From IMG/VR virus record IMGVR_UViG_3300005663_000044, positions 6,833 through 70,832 of that record: a stretch of DNA of 64,000 bases; one strand, given 5' to 3'. Origin of the DNA: a virus. A program made the position numbers and the translations under genes. How positions within the stretch are numbered: the stretch's first letter is position 1; the number at the start of each line of letters is the position of its first letter. Shown here piece after piece: positions 15,813 to 25,400 of this stretch. The notes beneath the pieces are model-generated. The model was not told the DNA's origin, searched no databases, and worked only from the letters and a program-made list of their open reading frames with translations.

Positions 15813-15839
15813 TCGCTCTCATCCTAAAGGAGGTTAACC

Positions 15840-16289
15840 ATGCCTTGTAGTTACAATCACCAGGGAGCAGCGATTGTTACCCCGGCTCAGGACTTGAATG
15901 TTCAGACGCCGGCCGCGCAGTCGACAGGGACGGCGAATCCGCCTATTCCTGCTGATCATGAGCAACAGACCCCCGAGTTCCTACAGAAGCTGATTCAAGA
16001 GTTGCACCAGCTCCGCCAGGAGCAGAGTGAGCTCTTCGCTAAAATGTACCCTCCGCACAGTCCTGTGACACACGAAGCACCGCATGTACTACCGGCTTAT
16101 GAGGAGCAGGAGGAGTACAGACGACAGGACTTAGAGTACGACCGAAAGATTGCGGCTCTGAAAATGCAACTCCAGGAGCTCAAGGTACTAATTGCGCGGA
16201 AAGCGCAGCCGGAACTGGAGACTGAGAAAGTTATGGGCCCTGCCTCACCACCGTCTCCCGAGCCACCTGCAGCTCCTATGATTGGTTAG
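15840..16289 (+). CDS. coiled-coil hypothetical protein
   Basis: AAGGAGG RBS. Confidence 0.6.
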   Translation: MPCSYNHQGAAIVTPAQDLNVQTPAAQSTGTANPPIPADHEQQTPEFLQKLIQELHQLRQEQSELFAKMYPPHSPVTHEAPHVLPAYEEQEEYRRQDLEYDRKIAALKMQLQELKVLIARKAQPELETEKVMGPASPPSPEPPAAPMIG

Positions 16290-16512
16290 TACCTTGCCAG
16301 GTACAACCGATACCCTTGGTAGCTCGTCCTCAATACCGGATGGTAGAAAGAAGCGATCTGTGGCTGGACACAAAGAGCAACGACGTAAACTCCATAAATC
16401 TAAGATGACTGTCGGCGATAAGATTAGTCTTTTGCGGAAAGAAGGGCGCCCACAGAAACAGGCTGTTGCTATTGCTATGAGTATGAAGCGCCGGGGGGAA
16501 CTAGGGAAGTAA
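16282..16512 (+). CDS. small basic protein with GRPQKQAVAIA motif
   Basis: Motif is common in phage head-associated small proteins. Confidence 0.55.
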   Translation: MVSTLPGTTDTLGSSSSIPDGRKKRSVAGHKEQRRKLHKSKMTVGDKISLLRKEGRPQKQAVAIAMSMKRRGELGK

Positions 16513-16515
16513 CTT

Positions 16516-16899
16516 ATGCCTTCTCATACTGCAATTGAACGCCAAAAGCTGAATCAACGCCGGCGTGGGTTGAAACTACCCTCTGAAGTCAGTCGGTTGC
16601 AAGGTCTTTTTGGTAAGATTGATCCTACGACTGGTAAGAATGTAAACATTGGCACGATTGCTAAGACTGTTTTGAGTTTAGGGCAACCGCGGACTATTCC
16701 TTCCCCCGGTGAGTTAAGAGGCCAGCCAATTGGTGCTCCTGTCCCTAGACGGTCAATACTGCCCCAACCTGTTTTGTCTCTACCAGTACAGAGGCCCGGG
16801 CCGGTAGTTCCCCCGGAACGGCGGTCTATTTTAGGAACTCCGGGGAGGGGGGCTAGTCGAAATAGATTGAACGCTGTCGTGCGTAGTGGGAACTTCTAA
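16516..16899 (+). CDS. basic Pro/Arg-rich hypothetical protein
   Basis: ORF in the packed operon. Confidence 0.55.
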   Translation: MPSHTAIERQKLNQRRRGLKLPSEVSRLQGLFGKIDPTTGKNVNIGTIAKTVLSLGQPRTIPSPGELRGQPIGAPVPRRSILPQPVLSLPVQRPGPVVPPERRSILGTPGRGASRNRLNAVVRSGNF

Positions 16900-16921
16900 A
16901 TGTTAATTAAGGAGAAGTCTG

Positions 16922-17068
16922 ATGGGCCCGTGCCAGAACCCAAAGCATCTAGATGGATGGTCGCCTCGTTGGGTTATACTAAATACTTTGGCGACGGTGG
17001 CCGGGGCCTTTTCTGGAGTGGTGGCTCTCATCGTTGCGGTAATAGCTCTTCTTAGGTCGGGGGTCTAA
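16922..17068 (+). CDS. 48-aa membrane peptide
   Basis: Read manually after AAGGAG: MGPCQNPKHLDGWSPRWVILNTLATVAGAFSGVVALIVAVIALLRSGV. Confidence 0.5.
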   Translation: MGPCQNPKHLDGWSPRWVILNTLATVAGAFSGVVALIVAVIALLRSGV

Positions 17069-17069
17069 C

Positions 17070-18863
17070 ATGAGTACCCCCTCAACTACTAGACGCCTGG
17101 AAACTAATGAGTTCGAAGACCCTGAGGTGAGCCGGCTCTTTTTTGGTACAGAACCCCAGGATACTATTGACTGGATGGAGACTCTCCTAACGATTGATTC
17201 TGAGGCGGGGAAAGTCGTTGATTTCAAACTCTATCCTCAGCAGATCGCAATGTCTCAGAGTCAAACTGGTCGTGATTTAACAATTAAAGGGCGCCAGACA
17301 CGCGCATCTTCCTTTATTCTTGCACGAAACCTTAGGCGAATGATAACGAACTGGGGCCTCAATGCCTTGGTAATGACCCAGGATGACCAGACTACTTCCA
17401 CCTTTCGTGCTCGTATCAAGCATCATCTCAAAGACTTAGCACAGAAGGGTTTTGAGATTGAGCTTGGTCTTGACAACGACAGCGTACTCGAAATTAAAGA
17501 GACAGGAAGCCGCTACATCTTTGGTTCTGGTCAGGAAAGCACCGCCGGTCGCGCATACAGTGCCCATATTACTCACCTTAGTGAATTCGCTCACTGGCCT
17601 ATAGACAAGGCGCGGACATTGATTGGAGGAATTCAGCCGTCTGTCCCGGGCCCGCCCGCGGGTCAGATTGACATTGAATCAACTCCTAACGGGGCTGAGG
17701 GTCAATTCTTTGATATGGTGGAGGATTCAAAGACGTATAATCCTATGTCCCGTTGGTCTACCCACTTCTATCCTTGGTGGATGGAGCCTCGGTATCGTGC
17801 TGGTACTACTCCAGGTTGTGATGTGCCCTACTCTGAGCAGGAGTGGGAAAGTTTACTTCAGACCTTCCACCCGACTGAGGAAGAAGAAAAACTTGCCGAG
17901 GAGTATGGATTGGATATAGGTCAAATTATCTGGCGCCGAATTCGAAAGTCGGAACAGGATAAGACTGATGCCCCTTTCCTACAAGAATATGTAGAGACTC
18001 TGACTGGTTGTTTCTTAACCTCGGGTGGAAACTATTTTGCTACTCTTGAAGGGGTCAGCCATTTGGAGCAATATCGCCATACTACCAAGCCCCCAAAGGA
18101 AATTGTTGAGAACGTTCCGGGTAGTTCCGTTGGCTTCTCGGGTGGGGGTCTGCATATCTGGCAGCGCCCGCAACTTGGGCGCCCTTACGCTGTGTGGGTT
18201 GACTGTGCTGGAGGGGGTCTTGATGAGAAGGCAGATTATTCTGTTGTTTGTGTGTTAGACTGTATAGATATGTTCATTGCCGCACGGTTAGCTGCAAAGG
18301 TTGCCCCACAGGAGATTGCTCCTATGGCTGTTGCTATCTCTAAGTATTACAACAACGCCTTACTGGGGGGAGAACGCGACGCCTTCGGTTCGGTGTGTAT
18401 TGCTAAGATTCAGGACATTGGCTACCGAAACTTGTGGTTTTTCCTTGAACCCGGGGAAGCTATGAGCATTAAGAAAGTCATTCAGAAACCGTGGGGCCAT
18501 CCAACACAAATACGCCAACATATTCTAGGTGCCTTGAGGGAAAGGGTATTCTCTGGTCTCTTCCACACCTCAGATGAGTGGATGGTACGGCAGATGGGTG
18601 CGTTTACCTGGCAGAAAGTTGCTCAGAAGCGTCATGGTCTGAAGGAAGCAGGTAAAGGGCAGAAAGATGATTTGGTAATGGCCGCGGCCGGCCTGTGTTA
18701 CATTGCACCGCAGGCTGCGGCTCGATCTCAGAGTCGAATGTCCCAGGTAGCCTCATTGCCTGGTCAGCCCTTGAAAGAACATGAGGTAGTCATTGTAGGG
18801 AAACACGGGCTTGTTCTTGACCGTCATTCGGAGATGAACCGGCCAAAGCCGTGGTTAAAATAA
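17070..18863 (+). CDS. terL: terminase large subunit
   Basis: Walker A-like 'IKGRQTRASS', Walker B 'HLSEFAHW', motif III 'ESTPNG', and an RNase H-like nuclease 'WVDCAGG...DYSV...KDDLVMA'. Confidence 0.92.
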   Translation: MSTPSTTRRLETNEFEDPEVSRLFFGTEPQDTIDWMETLLTIDSEAGKVVDFKLYPQQIAMSQSQTGRDLTIKGRQTRASSFILARNLRRMITNWGLNALVMTQDDQTTSTFRARIKHHLKDLAQKGFEIELGLDNDSVLEIKETGSRYIFGSGQESTAGRAYSAHITHLSEFAHWPIDKARTLIGGIQPSVPGPPAGQIDIESTPNGAEGQFFDMVEDSKTYNPMSRWSTHFYPWWMEPRYRAGTTPGCDVPYSEQEWESLLQTFHPTEEEEKLAEEYGLDIGQIIWRRIRKSEQDKTDAPFLQEYVETLTGCFLTSGGNYFATLEGVSHLEQYRHTTKPPKEIVENVPGSSVGFSGGGLHIWQRPQLGRPYAVWVDCAGGGLDEKADYSVVCVLDCIDMFIAARLAAKVAPQEIAPMAVAISKYYNNALLGGERDAFGSVCIAKIQDIGYRNLWFFLEPGEAMSIKKVIQKPWGHPTQIRQHILGALRERVFSGLFHTSDEWMVRQMGAFTWQKVAQKRHGLKEAGKGQKDDLVMAAAGLCYIAPQAAARSQSRMSQVASLPGQPLKEHEVVIVGKHGLVLDRHSEMNRPKPWLK

Positions 18864-18864
18864 T

Positions 18865-20850
18865 ATGGCTATACCTATAACTGCAGTTATTAGTGACAGT
18901 CGCCAACTCGACCAGATGAAGGATGACCTTCTCACGAGGCAGAGGCAACTCAAGAATTTCTGGCGCCCCCTTTCACTTAGACAGGATTACTGGTTGTCCA
19001 TGTACCGTCTACTTGATGTCCTTCAGCAGTCTAAACCACTGGGCGTTGCGAGAAGGTTCATTTCTAATGAGCCACGGACTGGTGTGGACGCTGCGAAGGC
19101 TATCCTCACTCGTAATCCTACTATCTGGCGTATTCCTCTTAAGGGTGCAGAAGATGAGAATCAGGAAACCCGGCGCCGCGCCGGGCGTATTGAGCGTACA
19201 TTAGAAGGCTTAGTCTACGATATGGATGAGTTGTTCAGTATGCGCCTTCAGGCACCCTTCTGGAAGCAGATTGCAGACCAAGCTCTACTCCGCGGTATGA
19301 TCTGGGGTAAGTTTCATATTACTACTGAGGCTCTCAAATACAGACGGTCTCCTGTTGTTGCGGAGATTTATGACTCTCGATTGGTCTTCCCCCATGTTGA
19401 TTCCTGGGGCTTGAATCATGTCATGATTGAGAAGCCTACTAATTTTGGTGACCTTATGGCAAGCTACCCTGAAGCCTATCGAGAGTTTGAGAATAAGAAA
19501 GGTGTCGATCCGCACACGCCGGCCGTGAAGTTAGAGTTTTGGAGTAATGACCGCGGTGAACGCAAAGGGATTTCTGCAGTTCTAGGTATGGTTGGTTCTG
19601 CTGTGTCGACAGGGAACGTTACCGGTCTGGCTGTTGGCTCAACAAACACTGATGCTAGATGGCTCGTTCCTCCCTACTTTCATGGTTACACGTATGATGA
19701 GCTTCCTGTGATGGGTGTACCGGTAAATGGAGTTCATGTCACCCATATGGCCCCGCTATCCTCGCCGCTTGAGCAATCCCTTACAGAGCGGGCTGATCTA
19801 TTAGCGATGAATTCCCTTGCCTGGTCTGGTGCAGATGCCTGGGTAGCAGAAATTGGACGCTCTATTCTGAGTGCTGTCGAGGAGCAGGTTCCTCAATACA
19901 ATGAACTGGTTGCTACCATCTTCCAACACTTGAGTATCGGTACTTATGGTACCTGGGTTTTCAAAACTCCTACGGGGGAACTGCCAAATTGGAAGCCGGG
20001 AATTGAATCAATTATTCCGTTGACTCCTCAAGAATCGGTAGAACGTCTGACAATGGAGCCGATGACACCGGACGCTTACCGACTGATGCAAGTCCTCCAG
20101 GAGGAGAGACAGAAGGGTATTCTTTCCAATGTTCTGCAGGCGGTTACCCCCAACCTAGCTAGTGGTGTGCTCCTGCAACAGATCACAAATGCCGCTCTAA
20201 GCTCCCTAGAGCCTTATATGACAGGGATGCAGCAGTTTGGGGTACGGATGGGTACCTCTATACTAGCACAGCTCCAGAAGGCAGCTCCTGTGATTGGTGC
20301 CTTCGAGCTCCAGGCTGCGACGCCTAAGAAGACCTTCTTCAATATCGAGTTCGACCCATCGGCTGAGTTGGATGCTGGGCGGCACTATCGGCCAGTACCG
20401 GTGATGAAGCCGGCCCTGCCTGATGACCTGACGGTGCGGATGACGGCTGCGCGAATGGCGCTCGACCCGAGACGGCCTATGCTATCACTGATGACTGTCC
20501 TTGAGGATATTATCATGATCGACGACCCGGCCGCGGAAAGTGACCGAATCTGGGAGGACTTAGCACAGCAAGACCCTGTTATTATCTTAGAGAATATGGC
20601 ATTGGCACTAGAACGCCATGGTGAACAAGAGATGGCAGCGCGTATTCGCCAAACAGAGTTTGCTACGAAGTTTGTAGAAGAAGCAAAGATTCGACAGATC
20701 ACAGGTAGCGTACCTGGACAGGGGGGCTTTGTAGTACCCGGGCCAGAATCAGGCCCCTTATCCCTTAACACAGCAAGAACCGGAACGGAACAGAACCTGC
20801 CTCCGGGTGCCGAAGCTGCTGGGGTTGCGGGACAGCGTGTGACAGTGTAA
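18865..20850 (+). CDS. portal protein
   Basis: 661-aa helical protein directly after the terminase. Confidence 0.8.
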   Translation: MAIPITAVISDSRQLDQMKDDLLTRQRQLKNFWRPLSLRQDYWLSMYRLLDVLQQSKPLGVARRFISNEPRTGVDAAKAILTRNPTIWRIPLKGAEDENQETRRRAGRIERTLEGLVYDMDELFSMRLQAPFWKQIADQALLRGMIWGKFHITTEALKYRRSPVVAEIYDSRLVFPHVDSWGLNHVMIEKPTNFGDLMASYPEAYREFENKKGVDPHTPAVKLEFWSNDRGERKGISAVLGMVGSAVSTGNVTGLAVGSTNTDARWLVPPYFHGYTYDELPVMGVPVNGVHVTHMAPLSSPLEQSLTERADLLAMNSLAWSGADAWVAEIGRSILSAVEEQVPQYNELVATIFQHLSIGTYGTWVFKTPTGELPNWKPGIESIIPLTPQESVERLTMEPMTPDAYRLMQVLQEERQKGILSNVLQAVTPNLASGVLLQQITNAALSSLEPYMTGMQQFGVRMGTSILAQLQKAAPVIGAFELQAATPKKTFFNIEFDPSAELDAGRHYRPVPVMKPALPDDLTVRMTAARMALDPRRPMLSLMTVLEDIIMIDDPAAESDRIWEDLAQQDPVIILENMALALERHGEQEMAARIRQTEFATKFVEEAKIRQITGSVPGQGGFVVPGPESGPLSLNTARTGTEQNLPPGAEAAGVAGQRVTV

Positions 20851-21174
20851 TATGAAGGAGGTACTTCTTTGTTGAGATTACTACACTTTTTGTTCGGTTG
20901 CGGCGATCTTCCTGTTTTCACCGCACGAGATATGACCACAGGTAACTACATACTGTGCGGGAACTGCCCGTGTGGAATAAAAGAATGGCAGGAGTGTCTT
21001 GACTGTTCCGAGTAAACTAGCTGACCAGTTAGTGGAGAGATTATTTAAGCTTCCACAGACTGATCAGGAAGAATCTGGGGAAGAGAAAACAGGCGTATTC
21101 AAGCGTGGTATCGGTACACGCCTGGCCACGCTGCGTAGGCAAGCCAGAGCCGATCTAAAGAGGTACTTACCTTA

Positions 21175-22056
21175 ATGGCTTTTCGTGTTGGTAACCGCTG
21201 CTATAATCGTATCCGGGGAGAATTTGTGGAAGTACCTTGCCCGGACGCGCCTACAAGGGGCGATGACCCCTTGGATTTGCTCAACCCCCCGGATGATGAT
21301 ACTGGGGGCCCCTCCCCAGATACTGGGGGCCCCTCCCCAGATACTGGGGGCCCCTCCTCAGCTACTGGTGAATCAAGAGTTAGTCTAACTGGTTCATTTG
21401 AGACTACCCGAGATGAGGTTGTTGATAGGGTAGTTAGCCGCTACATCAACTTGCCTACACCTGAGGAAGTATTAGACGATTTTGAGATCAGTTTGAATGC
21501 CTATATTGGCGATCTGGTAGCGGCAGGTACTTTAGGGTCGAGAGATGCGAGTCTCGCCATAGGTCAGATGATGCCCGTATTTTTGAACGACTACCTTGCT
21601 GAAATAGGGCAACGTGCTGCCCGCGGTGAAGATATTTTCCGAGTGGTAGGTTTGGAAGGCGAGCCTGAGTTCCTAGGTACCCGGCCCGGAGAGCAAGTAA
21701 CTAGCAAGACCTCCACTGAAGAGCGGCGACGTGGAGGTACGACCGAACAGGCCGTCCGTACTAGGGCAGAAACTGAAGCAGGAGAGCGCGTAACAGCACA
21801 AGAAACGACTACTACACGCCAGGACACAAACGTGACAGAACGGGAAAAAACTACCCAGCGCCTCTCTGAGGAAGAACAAATCTTTGGGCGCCCCAACTTA
21901 GCTGCTATTCGGGCTTTCTCACCAACAGACTTCCTGAAGCAACGGTATGGTACCCCTGGTCAGCTCGCTACGGCGATTAGAAGTCGCAAGGGAGAACGGG
22001 CACGACAGCAACAGACAGCTACAGGCGGGCCTGTGGCTCAACCCAGAAGAACTTAG
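21175..22056 (+). CDS. putative internal virion (ejection) protein
   Basis: Lies between portal and the giant protein; disordered with DTGGPSP repeats. Confidence 0.5.
   Translation: MAFRVGNRCYNRIRGEFVEVPCPDAPTRGDDPLDLLNPPDDDTGGPSPDTGGPSPDTGGPSSATGESRVSLTGSFETTRDEVVDRVVSRYINLPTPEEVLDDFEISLNAYIGDLVAAGTLGSRDASLAIGQMMPVFLNDYLAEIGQRAARGEDIFRVVGLEGEPEFLGTRPGEQVTSKTSTEERRRGGTTEQAVRTRAETEAGERVTAQETTTTRQDTNVTEREKTTQRLSEEEQIFGRPNLAAIRAFSPTDFLKQRYGTPGQLATAIRSRKGERARQQQTATGGPVAQPRRT
21298..21357 (+). repeat. 21-bp tandem repeat x3 (DTGGPSP)
   Basis: GATACTGGGGGCCCCTCCCCA repeated in frame; the third copy diverges at its end. Confidence 0.95.
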
Positions 22057-22071
22057 TAAAGGAGTCAAGAC

Positions 22072-22479
22072 TTGCCTCAGGTCGGTAGTTCCAGCTTTCT
22101 ATCTAATATGGCTACTCGTCGTGCTCAGTTGAATAAGACGAGAGCAGCCTTATTAGATCAGCCGGGCATCCAGCGTACAGGGGGCCCACCGCCGCCTGTC
22201 GTGCCGGCTCAGAGGCCAAACCCACAACAGCAGGCTATCGAGCCGGTTTCAGGGGGAGAACAAGAGACGCCTGAGAGTAATGGCCCAGAGCTAAATACGA
22301 GGGAGGCTCGTTTAGACGCTGTGGGTCAGAGACTAGATGCTGTTAGGGCTATGAAAATTGCTCAGGCAAAGACAGAGCGCCGACTCGTTCCAAGTACAGA
22401 GACGAAGGAAGGGCGCCTATTTCAACTCAAGGGTTTCTTACACTTACTAATACCTGCTGCAAAAGTGAGGCACCCTTAG
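22072..22479 (+). CDS. hypothetical protein (possible internal virion protein)
   Basis: AAAGGAG RBS and TTG start; its TAG abuts the in-frame ATG of the next gene. Confidence 0.55.
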   Translation: MPQVGSSSFLSNMATRRAQLNKTRAALLDQPGIQRTGGPPPPVVPAQRPNPQQQAIEPVSGGEQETPESNGPELNTREARLDAVGQRLDAVRAMKIAQAKTERRLVPSTETKEGRLFQLKGFLHLLIPAAKVRHP

Positions 22480-25400
22480 ATGCCTTTTCGTAGGGGTGGT
22501 GAAACAGAGGGAGAAGCACGGGAGCGAGCCCGCGTCCGTCGTGGTCGGCGTCCGCCTCCTCTACCTCCCTCACGACAACAGGAGGAACCTCCTGCTACGC
22601 AGCCACGAACATCGGGAGGAGAGCCGCCTGTTCCTACCCCTAGTCCTACCCCTAGTCCCACACCTACCCCCAGTCCAACACCTGGGGCTACTCCGACACC
22701 ACCTCAGGAGACTCCCACTCCTACTGCCACACCAACGCCACCTCAGGAGACGCCCACTCCAGAGCCCGTCCCTGAGGAACCCGCTCAGGCGGAGGCCCGG
22801 CGCAAACGTGTAGAGTTTGAAGCAGTATCAAATGCTATACCAAAGCTAGTAGGTACGGCTTTGGATTTTGTTCGGTCTGCTAGCGATACAGTGAAAACGA
22901 GGAAGAGGGAGGCTTGGGCACGAGCTACGAATGACGTATTTGATGAGTTAAACGTCATGCTCACCCCACCCATGCGGGCTAACGCGCAATCTCAGGGTTG
23001 GGATATAGTCAATCCCGAGTTCGACCTTGAAACGACAGACGCCCCATACTTTCTGGATGAGCAGGGGCAACTTCGATTTAAGTTTGGAGTGAATACTACC
23101 ACCCTACAGGGCATGGGAATTGAAGACGAGCATCCGCTTGTGGGAGCTGTTTTTAGTGGGTTCCGCAAACAGTCTGTAAACGGGGTTATTGATCCTTTTT
23201 TGTTTGTTCTCGACATGAAGCGTTCCTTAGGGTTTTACGATTACAAAATGACGGAGCCTGTGCCTGCGCGAACAGCAACCGCAGACCAAAAAGGTCAGAT
23301 CGCAATTCCCGCAAAAGTAGCTACTAACGAGTTTGGATATCCCATTCCCGATCCTGACACTTTTAACCAGAATCTTAATATCGAAGACATGCCTTGGGGG
23401 GAGTGGACTGACTACCAGTTGAGGGGGCAAGGTTTGAGAGGATTATTGTCCCCAATAGATGAGCATCCTCTCGCCGGTGGCGTCTTGACGGCTCTTACCC
23501 TTTGGAATCCTACGGTATTTGGCCCGATCATAGCCGCCGAACAAATCACTGCTTCGGCTGCGGGGGTACCAAGTTCCACTAAGACTGCTCTAGGGGCTAT
23601 GCGTGAAGCAGAGCACCGGTATATTGGTGACCCTATTATGAACAAGGCCGAACAATTTGATGTTCCTGTAATAGATGTGCCTGATATTGTCAAAGGTGCT
23701 GCTGAAGCTATGCTAATGCCCTCTAACATCGCCACAGCCTATCGATTAACGATGCTCACCCCAGGTACAGCTATGACGGCAGGTAGCCTATTCCGGGCTG
23801 CTGGTGCTGGGCCTGCGACAAGTCGCATAGGAGGCCAAGCCCTGCGGTTTGGTCTTGAGGGGGCTATCCTAGGCCCAACTGATGTGACACTTGAAGCCTG
23901 GGCTAGGGGGGAAGACCCAAACGCCAAAGACCTCCTACTGGCCTCGGGGATAGGTCTTGCGGGTGGAGCCACCTTTGGCGCCGGCGGTGCCATCACTGGT
24001 ATGGCCTTGCCTTACCTTGCCAGAGCTCTTGGTGCTACTCTCTTACGTTTGCCTGGTAAGCACTATTTGCTTAAGGTGAATGCCAAACAGCTTCACGACG
24101 CAACTCCTATGTCCCGGGAAGCTGCTCACAGATATAACCAATTTACTCGTAGTGGGGCTAAGCATGCTGCCACGGTGGGGTTAGACGACCTACCCTTCGC
24201 TGGAGACGATTTACTCTCGTTGGGACGGGATTATGAACTGCTGGCCCATGTTACACCTAACGAAAATGTTCTTCCCATTATTGAAGGTGGGCCTAAGATT
24301 AGCGCGGCTAAGCCGGGACAGGAGAGTGATCTTCTTCAAGTGTTTCATACCTTCGATGTCAAAAGTAGCTTGGATGTGGGAATGGATGCTTATCAGAAGG
24401 TCGCAAGAATTGGCTCAACTGAAGGCGGTGGTGTAACAACTATTCTATTTGCTGCCAAAAAGGGTCTACGAGCACTTGACGCCAACGACCCTAAATATAT
24501 TGAAATACTGAAACAATTCCGCGATCCTAAAACAGGAACAATCGACCATGCAGGTTTTCGACAGGCACTCCTACCGGATTATGATGTGATCACTTTCGAT
24601 GCTGTCGGGCCTGGTGGGGTTCAATTCAAAACTAGGGGCTTTCTAAATCCTGAAGACCTGACATATGTGGGACAGGTGGTTGACGACCTGGGCCGTCTTG
24701 CTAGTGGGGAGGAGCCTTCCCAAATACTAGGCCGTAAAGTTGTGACTACACAACACATTAGGAACGACATGCCTTTTGATGAGCTCCTGGCCGAATTTGA
24801 GACTGCTAGAGGGGACTGGGCACCCCAATCCTTACGGGATGCGTTAGGAGATAGCGCAAAGAGCCGGCTGGGTATTAAGACCGATCCTCGGGTCACTTTT
24901 GAAGGGCCTGGGGGACAAGGCGGTCTTACGCGTGTTCGTAATACAATGGATGAACTACTGACCGATCCTCGGATAGCTCGCATAGTGTCGGGGATTAGAG
25001 ATAAGGTAGATCAGGAAAACTTTCTGTGGGCTTTAGCTAGTGATGACCTAATGGCTCCTCTGCCCGGAGTCTCCCTTTCTTCCCGGGCTTCTCGTGCCTT
25101 AAAATGGGGACAGAGTGTTGTTGCCCGCGCTCCAGGTGTACGTCGTATTACCAACACTATCGAGGTGGGAGTAGGGCGCTTCTGGGACGCAGGTAATGTA
25201 TCGGCTAACCGTAAGGGGCACCTTTACATGGCACTACTCCGTAGGACATTCCCAGAGGAGAACCTTCGGAATCCTAAACTCCTCGTGGAGGGAGTTACCT
25301 ATGTGGGCCCCAAACGAAACGCAATTCAAAATGAGGTAACTGGTACCATTGCCGACATTCTTGATAATCCAAAGAATTACAAAGGACTGACTACCGAAAT

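Noticed and set aside
22465-22473. Isolated GTGAGGCAC (also GTGAGTCAC at 50897-50905) matching the array motif
   Set aside because: About one such 9-mer is expected by chance in 64 kb, and both are inside coding sequence.
22630-22770. Pro/Thr repeats as a DNA repeat element
   Set aside because: Ordinary low-complexity protein linker.
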